Part shown: positions 19,876 to 30,173 of the stretch, in pieces
How positions within the stretch are numbered: the stretch's first letter is position 1
How the letters are laid out: each line of letters begins with the position of its first letter
Origin: Candidatus Latescibacterota bacterium
Lineage (GTDB): Bacteria > Latescibacterota > UBA2968 > UBA8231
Assembly (NCBI GenBank): GCA_965223905.1
Contig: CBDCXV010000010.1
Coordinates: 1,216,001-1,280,000 of the forward strand
Direction of reading: 5' to 3'
Length of the DNA stretch: 64,000 nt
The notes under the pieces: generated by a model
What the model saw: the letters and a program-made list of their open reading frames with translations, nothing else
What the model was told of the DNA's origin: nothing
The model's database searches: none
Translations under genes and position numbers: made by a program

Positions 19876-21440
19876 CCAAGGCCTATCTGGTCGCCAGGAA
19901 CGAATACCTGGGGACGGTCCGCACCAAGGCCTTCTGGATCGGGTTGCTGGCGTTTCCCGTCGTCATCGCCCTCGCCGCGGTGGTGCCGAGGTTGCTGCAC
20001 CAGGCCAAGGACATCCGCACCTACGCGGTGGTCGATGAGTCGGGATTCCTGCTGCGCGAAATCGACGTCCTCATCTACGAGAGGGACCTGACCGATCTGA
20101 TCGCCGCGGCCGCGGCCTGGAAGCGGGCCGGGGGGCCAGGGGGCCAACGCGAGTTCGAACGGCTCCCCGATGCAGTTCGCAAGCTGACCCTGGCCTGGAT
20201 GGAGCTCGACGAGCAGGAGAGGGCCGGGTTCGTGCACGTCCTGGCACGGCGGACGGAGAGCCGGGTGTCGGAAGGGCGGGCGCGGAGCTTCGCCAACTCC
20301 GCGAGGAGCAACGAGCTCTACGAATGGTGGCGGTCGGTCACGGCCGGCGAGCTGAAGGCGCTCGATCTCCATCTCTCGCATTCCCGCTTCACCCGCCTCG
20401 ACAACGCCGGGGACCTGTCCGTCCTCAATCGCCGCGTCGACAGCGGCGAGCTCTTCGCCTACCTGACGATCGGGGCCGACCCGGTCGGGGGCTCGCAGGG
20501 ATGCAAGTACGTCTCCAACAACCTCACCGACCGCGAGCTGCACGAGTGGTTCGCCGCCAGGGCCAACACCGTCATCCGCCAGCGCCGCATCGCCGCGGCG
20601 GAGGTCGAACCCGGAACCGCGGCCTGGATCGGGGAGCCGCTGGAGTTCGAGGACCGCAAGGTCGACTCCCACGGCAGCGAAGCGGAGGTCGCGGGGAAAG
20701 ACACGGCGCGGCAATGGGCCCCGGTCGGGTTCACCTACCTCCTCTGGATCGCGATTTTCACCAGCGCGCAGATGCTTCTCACCAGCACGATCGAGGAGAA
20801 ATCGGCGCGCATCATCGAGGTGCTGCTCTCCTCGCTCTCTCCGGTTCAGCTCATGGCGGGAAAGATCGCCGGCGCCGCGGGGGCCGGCCTCACCATGGTC
20901 GCATCGTGGGGATTCTTCATCGTTCTCGCCGCCGTCCTCCTCCCTGCGGCAGGCGGCTCGCCGGCCGCGGTCGAAACCCTGCTCGGCCTGGCCGCGGACC
21001 CGTTTTTCCTGCTCGCCTTCTTCCTCTACTTCGCGCTGGGGTACCTCCTCTACGCCACCTTCCTCGTCGGCCTCGGCTCGGTCTGCAACAACCTCAAGGA
21101 GGCGCAGAACCTCCTGCTTCCGGTGATGGTTCCGATGATGGTGGTGTTCTTTGCGATGGTGCCGGTCAGCCAGGATCCGAACGGCACGCTGGCCCGCGTC
21201 ATGTCCTACATCCCCCCGTTCACCCCCTTCGTGATGATGAACCGCGCCGCGGGACCTCCCCCCGCATGGGAGTACCTGACGACCACGGCGGTGCTGGCAG
21301 GGGGGATCTGCCTCGCCCTGCTCGCCGCGGCCAAGCTCTTCAGGATCGGCATCCTGATGACGGGGAAGCCGCCGGGAATCCGCGAAATGGCGCGCTGGCT
21401 CAGGGCCGGATCCGGGGAAGTGCCGGAGTCGAAGGAGTGA
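19872..21440 (+). CDS. ABC-2 type exporter permease (NatB-like)
   Basis: ATGA overlap with the ATPase; EEKSARIIEVLLSS, GKI, multiple TM helices. Confidence 0.88.
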   Translation: MTKAYLVARNEYLGTVRTKAFWIGLLAFPVVIALAAVVPRLLHQAKDIRTYAVVDESGFLLREIDVLIYERDLTDLIAAAAAWKRAGGPGGQREFERLPDAVRKLTLAWMELDEQERAGFVHVLARRTESRVSEGRARSFANSARSNELYEWWRSVTAGELKALDLHLSHSRFTRLDNAGDLSVLNRRVDSGELFAYLTIGADPVGGSQGCKYVSNNLTDRELHEWFAARANTVIRQRRIAAAEVEPGTAAWIGEPLEFEDRKVDSHGSEAEVAGKDTARQWAPVGFTYLLWIAIFTSAQMLLTSTIEEKSARIIEVLLSSLSPVQLMAGKIAGAAGAGLTMVASWGFFIVLAAVLLPAAGGSPAAVETLLGLAADPFFLLAFFLYFALGYLLYATFLVGLGSVCNNLKEAQNLLLPVMVPMMVVFFAMVPVSQDPNGTLARVMSYIPPFTPFVMMNRAAGPPPAWEYLTTTAVLAGGICLALLAAAKLFRIGILMTGKPPGIREMARWLRAGSGEVPESKE

Positions 21441-21458
21441 GGCGGCGGGGTTGCCCTC

Positions 21459-22151
21459 TTACAGATCGAGACCGAGCTGCAGGTCCGGGGCGTCGACCGG
21501 GTGCACGCAGGCCGCTTCGTCGACGTCGGCGCGGTTGACGAGCGGGGACACCGGGTGCAGGCTGAGCTCTCCGGGGTAGGGGCGCAGCAGCGACAGCAGG
21601 GCGGGGAGTTCCCCGGTTTCGGGCTCGAGCCAGATTTCCGCGGCCTCCGGCGTCAGTATCGCCGGCATGCGGTGGTGCAGCCCGGCGACCGCGGGGCTCG
21701 GTTCGGTGGTGACGATGGCGCAGGTGCGCAGAACCTCGCCGTTCGGGGCCTGCCATTTTTCCGACAGGCCGGCCATGGCGAACGGTTGCCGGTCCGCGAG
21801 CTGGATGTAGTGGGGGACCTTCCCGGTGCCGCGGCGCATCCACTCGAAATAGCCGCTGGCCGGCACGATGCAGCGGCGCCGGCGGAAGGCGTTCCTGAAG
21901 GCCGCGGTATCGGGAAGCGATTCGGCGCGGGCGTTGATCAGGCGGTTGCCGATGGCCGCGGCCTTCGCCCAGAAGGGGACGAGTCCCCACCTGAACTCGA
22001 GCAGCTGGCGCTGCTGCCGCTGGATCACCACCGCCACCGGCTGCGACGGGGCGATGTTGTAGCGCGGCGGCAGGTCGAGAAAGGTCTGCTCGACCGAGAA
22101 GCGCGACACGAGCTCCGGCACCGAGTGGTGAAGGGTGAAACGGCCGCACAT
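21459..22151 (-). CDS. SOS response-associated peptidase (SRAP/YedK, abasic-site processing)
   Basis: N-terminal MCGRF, RYNIAPSQ, WGLVP, INARAE, HHRMP. Confidence 0.93.
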   Translation of the reverse strand: MCGRFTLHHSVPELVSRFSVEQTFLDLPPRYNIAPSQPVAVVIQRQQRQLLEFRWGLVPFWAKAAAIGNRLINARAESLPDTAAFRNAFRRRRCIVPASGYFEWMRRGTGKVPHYIQLADRQPFAMAGLSEKWQAPNGEVLRTCAIVTTEPSPAVAGLHHRMPAILTPEAAEIWLEPETGELPALLSLLRPYPGELSLHPVSPLVNRADVDEAACVHPVDAPDLQLGLDL

Positions 22152-22328
22152 GGGATCCTTTCTTCGAGCCAACGGCCCCGCTGATCGGATAGCACTGCAG
22201 GCGGCCGCCACCGCCCCGCCTTGTGCCGGGATTCTGCCTGAACCCGGCGGCCGTTGCGCCCTCGTTCGTGCGCTTACCTTCGCGCTCAGGCGCCAGGTTA
22301 TTTCAACCGGCCGGTAAGGGTAACCACC

Positions 22329-23369
22329 ATGGGTAGCGACATCCAGGAGTTGATCGATCCACTCAGGCGCCTGCACGAGCGCCTGCGCGACCGGGTCGTC
22401 GCCGCCTGCGAGGAGGCGGCCGGGCAGCCGGGGAAGGAAGGCCTGGCCCAGGTGCACCGCGAGGGCGCGGAGGACACGATCTACGCCATCGACCGCCTCG
22501 TCGAGGAGGAGCTGCTCGCCGGCCTGGAAAAGCTGGCGGAGGAGTCGGGCCCGCTGGTTCTGATTGCCGAAGGGCTGCCGGATGGGAGCGTCCTCCTGCC
22601 GCCGGGAGCATCTCGGCAGGAGTCGCGCTGGCGCCTGATCGTCGATCCCATAGACGGGACCCGCGGCCTGATGCATCAGAAACGGAGCGCCTGGATCCTG
22701 ACCGGGGCAGCCCCGGACCGGGGCTCCGCAACCACCCTGGCCGACCTCGAGGCCGCGGTGCAGACCGAGATCCCCCTTGTCAGGCAGCACCTCAGCGACG
22801 CGGTCTGGGCGCTCAGGGGAGGGGGCGTCCGGGCGGAGCGCTGCAACCGGCTGACAGGAGAGCGCACACCGCTGCAGCTGGCGCCGTCCGCGGCGGCATC
22901 GCCGCGCCACGGCTTCGCGACCGTGGTCCGTTTCTTTCCGGGTGCCCGCGAGCTCCTGGGCGGGATCGACGAAGAGCTGTTCGCGGCGGTTCTCGGAACC
23001 CCCTTCGACGGGCGCGCCTCCTGCTTCGAGGACCAGTACATCTCCTCCGGCGGACAGCTCTACGAGCTGATGGCCGGCCGCGACCGCTTCGTCATCGACC
23101 TCCGCCCCACGGCCCTGCGCAGGCTGTCCGGAGGCATGTACAGCGAACCGTGCGCCCATCCGTACGACCTGTGCACCGAGCTGGCAGCGCGCGAGGCCGG
23201 GGTCGTCGTCACCGACCTCGACGGGGGGCAGCTGCGCGCCCCGCTCGACGTCAGGACCCCGGTGGACTGGGTCGGGTACGCCAACAGCGAGTTGGCGGAG
23301 CTGGTCCACCCGCTGTTGCAGGAAGTGCTGCGAAGGCGTGCCCTGTGGGAGCCACCGGCGAGCCGATGA
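22329..23369 (+). CDS. inositol monophosphatase family protein
   Basis: AEG, VDPIDGT, HPYD, EAGVVVTD. Confidence 0.8.
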   Translation: MGSDIQELIDPLRRLHERLRDRVVAACEEAAGQPGKEGLAQVHREGAEDTIYAIDRLVEEELLAGLEKLAEESGPLVLIAEGLPDGSVLLPPGASRQESRWRLIVDPIDGTRGLMHQKRSAWILTGAAPDRGSATTLADLEAAVQTEIPLVRQHLSDAVWALRGGGVRAERCNRLTGERTPLQLAPSAAASPRHGFATVVRFFPGARELLGGIDEELFAAVLGTPFDGRASCFEDQYISSGGQLYELMAGRDRFVIDLRPTALRRLSGGMYSEPCAHPYDLCTELAAREAGVVVTDLDGGQLRAPLDVRTPVDWVGYANSELAELVHPLLQEVLRRRALWEPPASR

Positions 23370-23828
23370 CGCCCTTCCGGTGAAGAGATCGAGCGCCTCG
23401 GGGACCGGGGCGCTCCACCCCTGGTGCCGGTTTTCTCCGCGGCCAAGACGCCCTCAGAGCTCGATGGAAAGCTCCGGGAACCGCCCCCGTCCGCTGCTTG
23501 TCGGGACCGGCCGCAGGGGCTATTATCGCCCCGAAAACAACCTTTGGGCACCCGGAAGTGCACCGTCCAATCGGGCTCATTGTCTGCCGGCGAAGCAGGG
23601 CAGACGGGCGGCTGGCCTCTGCCGCCGGTAGCAGCTTTGCGCTCGCTGAATTTCCATATGATTCGCCTTCCCCGCGTTTCGATTGCAGCGCCCGCACAGC
23701 GACTTTCACCACCGCAGGCAAGGGCAGGACCCGGCAAGACAGTGCAGCGTCGAAGTAAGGGAGAAAGGTTTTAGCGTGGACAGGATGGCATCCTCGAAAC
23801 AGGACACCGGAGCCGGTCGGAGGTGCAG

Positions 23829-26330
23829 ATGACGCTGTCACCCGCATTAGCCGTAATGAGGGCTGCCCACGGCGATCGCGTACCGGAGGGTCGGCTGGGA
23901 GCGGATACGGTACCGCCAGCCGCTCTTGCCCTGCCGATCGAACTGGCCACCGAGGAGCTGGTGAAGCATGCCAAGACTTGTCCGGATGTCAGATGCCAAC
24001 ACGTGCCTCCCCCCCTGGGGAATCGCCGGGGGGTGCGTCCTGACAAGATTCGGACTGCCAGGCATGAAGTACACAAGCTGTTGTGGAAGTACCCGGATCA
24101 CGATCTGGTCGATTTCGTCCGCGACGAAATCCGCAGTGAGAACAAAGAGTTGATCGAGCAGATCTCGAGCGGGAGTCTCCTGGAGGGAGAAACGCTGTCG
24201 AGCTTTCTGCGGGATCAAGGAGAAGCCGGCCTGCGCCGCCTGGCCGCGGTTCTCTGGGCGTCGAAGTTCGATGGCCCTGACGCCGAAGAGCTTTTTCGAT
24301 TTCTCGTTCCTCTTGCGGACGGAAATTCCGCGCCCGGTTCGCGGCAGGATGCCGCCCACGTCGGAGACGAGAAGAAGCTGAAGAGGGAGCTACGCAAGAC
24401 CAGCAGGGCGTACAGGGAGACCAAGCGGAACTCGGAGCGGGCGGAGAAGAGTTTGCAGCGCAGGGAGCGGGAGCTCGAGAAGCTGAGGGCGGGGTACCAG
24501 GCGGAAAAAAAGGAACACCGGAAGGTCGTCGAGGAGGTCGAGCGGGTCCGGGAGCAGATCCGGAAGTCCGATGCCGCCCGTATCGACATCGAGAGGGATC
24601 TCGACAAGTCCGAGCAGACCAGGGAGGAAATCCAGCGACAGCACCGCCGGTTGGACCGGGAAAAGAAAGAGCTCGCCACCGAACGGAGCCAATTCGCCAG
24701 GCAGCTCGCCACCAAGGAACTGCGGGTGAAGGAGCTGGAATCCAGGCTCGGCGACCTCCCTCGCGGCGATCAGGCAGTTCAGCATTTCCTTCGCGAGGAG
24801 GAGGAGCGCATCAAGCGGGACCGCCTGATTCTCTCCGGTTCACCGAAGGCGCGAGCCGACGAGGAGTGGCGGCTCCATCGCAAGCTGAAGGCGGCGTTTC
24901 TCGACGCCTATCCCAAGTTCCGCGTCGCCGCTCCGAAAAAGCTGCGGCGCAAGACCTCCCTGCAGTTCGTCGCCCTCGGCGGATCCGCGGAGATCGGCAG
25001 AAGCTGCTACCTCATCGAGCTCGGCGAACGCCGGATTCTCGTGGACTGCGGCATAAAGCCGGGCGGGTCTTCCGGGTTCCATCCCGGGATCGACGGACTC
25101 GAACGGGTCGACGCGCTGATCGTGACGCACGCGCATACCGACCATATCGGTTGGATCCCCGCCCTCGTAAACCGCTTCGGCGAGCTCGACATCTTCTGCT
25201 CCCCCGCTACCAGGGCGCTGCTTCCGGTAATGCTGGAAGACGGTCACTCACACTACGTTCGCCAGCTGGCGATCCGCAGCGAGCAGGCGCAACATATCGC
25301 CAATGCCGGGGAAGTGGTCGCCGGTTACGGGGGGGATGACGTGCGCCGGGTGCCCGGGCTAGCCCTCGCCTGCGAGTTCGGGAGCGAGAAGGCCCTGCCG
25401 TTCCCCGGCGCCTCGATCCGGTTCTTCCCGGCAGGCCATATTCTCGGCGCCGCCAGCCTCCTTATCGAGGAGGAGACCGGGCGCCGTGTTTTCTTCTCGG
25501 GTGATTTCTCCTCCTTTCCCCAACTGACCGTTCCGGCCGCTAGCTGGCCCGAGGATCTCGGGGAGATCGATCTCCTCGTCCTGGAATCGACGTACGGGAA
25601 CTCGAAACACCAGGAGCCCGAGTCGACCCGGGCCGAGCTCGTCGACTTCATCAGGGATACGACGGAGAACCGCAAGGGGTCGGTGATCCTCCCCTCGTTC
25701 GCGCTGGGGCGAGCCCAGGAGCTGCTGAAGTTGATACTCAGGGCGAAGGAGGAGGGAGATCTCCGGGATGACGTCCCGGTTTTCGTCGACGGGATGATAA
25801 AGTCCATCAACCCTGTCTATCGCGAATATTCCGATTTCGATTTGCCGCAGGATGCGGTCCTCGAGGTGCATGGCGAAACAGACCGGGATGAAATCGCCCG
25901 CGAAGCCCAGAAGATACCGTCGATCATAGTGACGACGTCGGGGATGCTCACCGGCGGTCCGGTGGTCGAGTACGCCCGTCACCTGCTTCCGGATGCCCGC
26001 CACCGGATCGTCCTCACCGGCTACCAGGACGAGGGCGCGCCCAGCAGGGCGCTGCTCGACATCTCCGGCTCCGGAGGTCCGCGGGTCGTTCGCCTGCAGG
26101 GAGAGGGAGGGGAGATAAAGTTCAAGGCAGCGATGCCGGCCAAGCAGTTCGGGCTTTCCGCCCATGCGGACCGGCCCGGGCTGCTCGAATACGCCTCCAT
26201 GCTCAAGCCGAAGCAGATCGTCCTGGTCCACGGGGTGCCCTGGCAGCAGCAGGACCTGAGCAAGGGGTTGGCGCTGAGTCATCCGCGTGCCGAAATCAGC
26301 TGCGGACCTGATCAAGTCGAGGTCGGGTGA
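23829..26330 (+). CDS. metallo-beta-lactamase/beta-CASP nuclease (CPSF73/YSH1-like) fused to a long N-terminal helical/coiled-coil region
   Basis: LGG..EIGRSC, THAHTDH, AGHILG, SGD, ESTYG, FALGRAQE, SGML, GYQ, SAHAD, VHG; about 375 aa N-terminal extension with an E/K/R-rich segment; GGAGG RBS. Confidence 0.85.
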   Translation: MTLSPALAVMRAAHGDRVPEGRLGADTVPPAALALPIELATEELVKHAKTCPDVRCQHVPPPLGNRRGVRPDKIRTARHEVHKLLWKYPDHDLVDFVRDEIRSENKELIEQISSGSLLEGETLSSFLRDQGEAGLRRLAAVLWASKFDGPDAEELFRFLVPLADGNSAPGSRQDAAHVGDEKKLKRELRKTSRAYRETKRNSERAEKSLQRRERELEKLRAGYQAEKKEHRKVVEEVERVREQIRKSDAARIDIERDLDKSEQTREEIQRQHRRLDREKKELATERSQFARQLATKELRVKELESRLGDLPRGDQAVQHFLREEEERIKRDRLILSGSPKARADEEWRLHRKLKAAFLDAYPKFRVAAPKKLRRKTSLQFVALGGSAEIGRSCYLIELGERRILVDCGIKPGGSSGFHPGIDGLERVDALIVTHAHTDHIGWIPALVNRFGELDIFCSPATRALLPVMLEDGHSHYVRQLAIRSEQAQHIANAGEVVAGYGGDDVRRVPGLALACEFGSEKALPFPGASIRFFPAGHILGAASLLIEEETGRRVFFSGDFSSFPQLTVPAASWPEDLGEIDLLVLESTYGNSKHQEPESTRAELVDFIRDTTENRKGSVILPSFALGRAQELLKLILRAKEEGDLRDDVPVFVDGMIKSINPVYREYSDFDLPQDAVLEVHGETDRDEIAREAQKIPSIIVTTSGMLTGGPVVEYARHLLPDARHRIVLTGYQDEGAPSRALLDISGSGGPRVVRLQGEGGEIKFKAAMPAKQFGLSAHADRPGLLEYASMLKPKQIVLVHGVPWQQQDLSKGLALSHPRAEISCGPDQVEVG

Positions 26331-26510
26331 AGCGGAGGGTCTTGGGGGAGGCCGGCTTGCGGGTCACGCGCGGGGCCGGACCTCGGCCGCATTTTCCACG
26401 AACCTTGCGGGGCCTTCAGCCCCGGCCCGGCTGCTGAGCCCGGCAGGTTTTTCTCACTCCACCTCAGGCAGCCGGACCCACACCCTGCCGATCGCATCAC
26501 CCAGGTCGCC

Positions 26511-27626
26511 ATGACGAAAGAGATCGGGTCGCTGCCGCTGACGAAAGTCCTGCGCGGCCTGCCTGCCGCGGTGCCGTTCGTAGGTCCCGAGGCGCTCGAG
26601 CGGCGAAGCGGCCGCCAGATCGCGGTTCGCGTCGGGGCCAACGAGTCCGCCTTCGGCATATCTCCGCGGGCCCGCGAAGCGATGCTCGCCGCGGTGGGGG
26701 AGCTCTGCCTCTACAACGACCCTGAGAACTTCGACCTCGCCGAAGCCCTCGCCGACCACCACGGTATCGACCCTGGCGTGCTCTGCATAAGCGCCGGGGT
26801 CGACGACCTGCTCGGCCTGATGGTCCGCATCGCCGTCGAGGCGGGCGACCCGGTGGTCACCTCCCGCGGTTCCTATCCGACCTTCGACTATCACGTGCGC
26901 GGCTTCGGCGGCCGCCTCGAGCAGGTGCCCTACGACGCCGACCGCGTCGACCTGCAGGGGTTGCTCGGCAGGGTCGTCGAGACGGGGGCCCACCTCGTGT
27001 ACGTCGCCAACCCGGACAACCCGATGGGCACCTGGCACTCCGGCGCGGAGATCCGGGCGTTCGTCGATTCCCTGCCGCCGCGGTGCATCGCCATCGTCGA
27101 CGAGGCCTACAACGACTTCGCCCCTGCCGGAACCGCCATGCCGGGCGCCCCCGGCGACTGCCGGGCGGTGCGCATGCGGACCTTCTCCAAGGCCCACGGC
27201 ATGGCGGGAGCGCGCGTCGGCTACGCCATCGCTGGCGGCGACGTCGTCGCGGCCCTGGACAAGGTGCGCAACCACTTCGGCGTCAACCGCGTCGCCCAGG
27301 CCGGCGCCCTGGCGTCGCTGCGCGACCCCGGTTTCGTCGCCGGGGTGGTCGACCAGGTCGTCGCCGGGCGCCGGGAGTACGAACAGCTGGCGCGGGAGCT
27401 CGAGCTGGCCGCAGTGCCGTCGGCCGCCAACTTCGTCTGCTTCGACATCGGCGCCCCGGAGGAGGCGCGCCGCATGCTGGAGGAGCTGCTGCTGCGCGGG
27501 GTCTTCGTGCGCATGCCGTCGGCGGCCCCCCAGAGCCGCTGCATCCGCGTCACCGTCGGCACCGGTCCGCAGCGTGCCGCCTTTGCCCGGGCCCTGCGGG
27601 AGGTCCTGGAGGAAACGCGGCGATGA
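26511..27626 (+). CDS. PLP-dependent aminotransferase class I/II (HisC-like)
   Basis: ANES, NPDNPMG, DEAY, RTFSKAHGMAGARVGY. Confidence 0.88.
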   Translation: MTKEIGSLPLTKVLRGLPAAVPFVGPEALERRSGRQIAVRVGANESAFGISPRAREAMLAAVGELCLYNDPENFDLAEALADHHGIDPGVLCISAGVDDLLGLMVRIAVEAGDPVVTSRGSYPTFDYHVRGFGGRLEQVPYDADRVDLQGLLGRVVETGAHLVYVANPDNPMGTWHSGAEIRAFVDSLPPRCIAIVDEAYNDFAPAGTAMPGAPGDCRAVRMRTFSKAHGMAGARVGYAIAGGDVVAALDKVRNHFGVNRVAQAGALASLRDPGFVAGVVDQVVAGRREYEQLARELELAAVPSAANFVCFDIGAPEEARRMLEELLLRGVFVRMPSAAPQSRCIRVTVGTGPQRAAFARALREVLEETRR

Positions 27627-28516
27627 GGGTGCTGGTCTCCGGGTCGACCGGCCTGCTGGGGTCGCAGCTCGTCCCCCTGCTGGCGCGCCGCGGCCACACA
27701 GTAGTGCCCCTCGTGCGCCGGGCTCCGGCAGCCGGGGGGGAGGCGGTGAAGTGGGACCCTGCGGCCGGGGCGCTCGCCGGGGAAGACCTGCATGGAATCG
27801 CCGCCGCCGTCCACCTGGCGGGAGAACCGATCGTGGGGCGGTGGACCCCGGACCGCAAGCGGCGTGTTCGCGACAGCCGCATCGAGGGCACCCGCCTTCT
27901 CTCGGAAACCCTGGCCCGCCTCGACCCGCGGCCGAAGGTGCTGGTCAGCATGTCGGCGATCGGCTACTACGGAGACCGCGGCGACGAGGAGCTCACCGAA
28001 GAGAGCCCCCCGGGCTGCGGCTTCCTTCCCGAGGTCGCCGGCGATTGGGAGGCGGCCGCCGGAGCCGCGGTCAGCGGCGGGATCCGGGTGGTGCTCCCTC
28101 GTCTCGGAGTGGTGCTGACGCCCCGCGGCGGAGCCCTGGCGAAGATGCTTCCGGCCTTCAGGCTCGGCCTCGGCGGCCGCCTCGGCAGCGGCGATCAGTT
28201 CATCAGCTGGATCAGCCTCGAAGATGCCCTGAGGGGAATCTGCTTCGCCCTGGAGACCGGTTCGCTGTCCGGGCCGGTCAATCTCGTGGCGCCCGGACCG
28301 GTGACGAACCGCGAATTCACCGCGGCCCTGGCACGGGCCCTGCGCCGCCCCGCGCTCGCCCCGGTCCCCGCCGTTCTGCTCGAGCTGGCTCTCGGCGAGA
28401 TGGCTCGGGAGCTGCTGCTTGCCAGCACGAGGGTGCGGCCCCGCGCCCTCCTCGAGTCCGGATTTTCCTTCCACCACACCGACATCTACGGCGCCCTCGC
28501 CGACCTGCTGCAGTAG
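27623..28516 (+). CDS. TIGR01777/YfcH-like NAD-dependent epimerase family protein
   Basis: SGSTGLLG, HLAGEP, SAIGYYG, RLGVVL, GPVN. Confidence 0.88.
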   Translation: MRVLVSGSTGLLGSQLVPLLARRGHTVVPLVRRAPAAGGEAVKWDPAAGALAGEDLHGIAAAVHLAGEPIVGRWTPDRKRRVRDSRIEGTRLLSETLARLDPRPKVLVSMSAIGYYGDRGDEELTEESPPGCGFLPEVAGDWEAAAGAAVSGGIRVVLPRLGVVLTPRGGALAKMLPAFRLGLGGRLGSGDQFISWISLEDALRGICFALETGSLSGPVNLVAPGPVTNREFTAALARALRRPALAPVPAVLLELALGEMARELLLASTRVRPRALLESGFSFHHTDIYGALADLLQ

Positions 28517-28747
28517 AAACCTTCTCGCGGCCCGCCCGGTCCCCGAGCCGCGGCGAGAGTTAGCCTGGCCAGCCCATTGGTTCGGCCGCCTCGGGCGCGT
28601 TACCCGCAGCCCTGAAGGGTTATGCGCACATAGCGACCGCAGAGCCGGAACGGATTTCCAGTAAGGCGTGGGGGCGGTGTAATCGGCGGGAGGGCGCATC
28701 CGGGAAGGGGAGCCAATGGTCCCGGCCCGGTTACGAAATGCCCGGAT

Positions 28748-29143
28748 TCAGAGCGCGGGCAGACTCCAGGGAACGAACAGGGTGGCGAGCAGCAGCAGGA
28801 TGGTCGCCGCAAAGGCCCCCAGCATGGCCTGCAAATGGAGGCGGCCCGCCTTGCGGCGCAGCCGTTCGGCCAGCTCCCGGTCCCGAATCGGCTCGGTTCC
28901 TCCCGCGGTTGCGCGTGCACCACGCGCGGCGAGCAGCACTCAGGTCGATCCGCGGGCCTGCAACAGGCACAGGATGCCCCCCCAGAGCGGCAGGAAGACG
29001 GCGACGCGCAGAGGCAGCGGACTTGCAGTCACGGTGACCAGGGCGGTGAAGCCGAGCGCGAAACAGCAGAGCAGGATCCCGAAGAAGAGGCGGAAGCGCC
29101 GGCTGTCCTCCTCGATGTTGCACAGGTCTGCGCTATTCGTCAC
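28748..29143 (-). CDS. small membrane protein (131 aa) read through an in-frame TGA at 28940-28942; candidate selenoprotein
   Basis: ORFs 28940..29143 and 28748..28939 are contiguous in one frame (LQARGST-TGA-VLLAARG); a SECIS-like hairpin follows. Confidence 0.7.
28911..28927 (-). promoter_or_regulatory. SECIS-like hairpin GCGCGT-GGTGC-ACGCGC
   Basis: Stem starts after a 12-nt spacer from the TGA; GGU-containing loop at +19. Confidence 0.65.
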
Positions 29144-29216
29144 GAGTGATCAGTCCGCCAAAACCGGGGCAACGGCTGCCGGGGTTTCGGGCAGCTTCGG
29201 CGAGCTGTCCCGCACC

Positions 29217-30170
29217 TCACGGCGCCGGAGCCATGGTGTTGCGGATCCAGTCGCGGATGAGGACCGCGGTTTCCTCCGGGTATTCGAGGTGGGGGGCGTG
29301 CCCGCAGTCGTCGAAAACGTGCAGTTTCGCCGCCGGCAGGTCCGCTTCGAAGCGGAGCGCGTTGAGGGCGGGCACGATGCGGTCCTGCTTTCCCCAGAGG
29401 ATCAGGGCCGGCAGCGACAATTCCGAATACTTTCGCGGAAAGGTGTCGATGTCGGGCGGGGTCAGGTTGCGCGCCGTCATCCGGTACGCGAAAGGGGTGC
29501 CGGGCATGGCGAAGTACTCGACCGCCCGGTCGACCAGCCGCTCCGGGATCCGGCGGGGATCGTAATAGATCCGGGAATAGGTCGAGCCGGCGACGCGCCG
29601 CACCAGGCCGCTGGCCACCGCCAGCCGCTGCAGCGTGGGGCTCAGCAGCAGGGCACCCGGTTTTCCAGCGAGGAGCGGGACGAATCCCGGCAGCGGCTGC
29701 GGGTACCCGGCAGCGGAGATCAGCACCAGTCCGCGCAGGTTCAGCCCGGCCGCCCAGGGACGCTCCTGCGGATCGGCACAGGCAAGCCTCAGGGCGATGG
29801 CCCCGCCGAGGGAGTTGCCGACGAGGACGAGGCGGTCGAGCTCGAGGGCGCGGATGAACTCGCCGACGCAGGCAGCCAGCCGGTCGAGTGAGTACTGCTC
29901 GGTGTCGGGCAGGGACCGGAAGCGCGGCCGGCTGCTCTCCCCGAAGCCGACGAGGTCGACGGCGACCGTCCGGAAGCGCTCGCCGAGAAAGGGCTCCACA
30001 AACTCCCAGGTCCCCTTGTGATCGAAGAGGCCGTGCAGCAGCAGCAGCGTGTGGTCGGCGGACAGGTTGCCGTTGTCGGCACAGGCCATCTCGACGGGCA
30101 GGCCGTCGTCACGGCCGACCAGGACCCGGGATGTGCTCACGGAAGGGGTTGGTGGCGCGGTCGCAGCCAC
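29217..30170 (-). CDS. alpha/beta hydrolase
   Basis: LLHG, DLVGFGES, GNSLGG nucleophile elbow, WGKQD, CGHAPH. Confidence 0.88.
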   Translation of the reverse strand: MAATAPPTPSVSTSRVLVGRDDGLPVEMACADNGNLSADHTLLLLHGLFDHKGTWEFVEPFLGERFRTVAVDLVGFGESSRPRFRSLPDTEQYSLDRLAACVGEFIRALELDRLVLVGNSLGGAIALRLACADPQERPWAAGLNLRGLVLISAAGYPQPLPGFVPLLAGKPGALLLSPTLQRLAVASGLVRRVAGSTYSRIYYDPRRIPERLVDRAVEYFAMPGTPFAYRMTARNLTPPDIDTFPRKYSELSLPALILWGKQDRIVPALNALRFEADLPAAKLHVFDDCGHAPHLEYPEETAVLIRDWIRNTMAPAP

Positions 30171-30173
30171 CGG

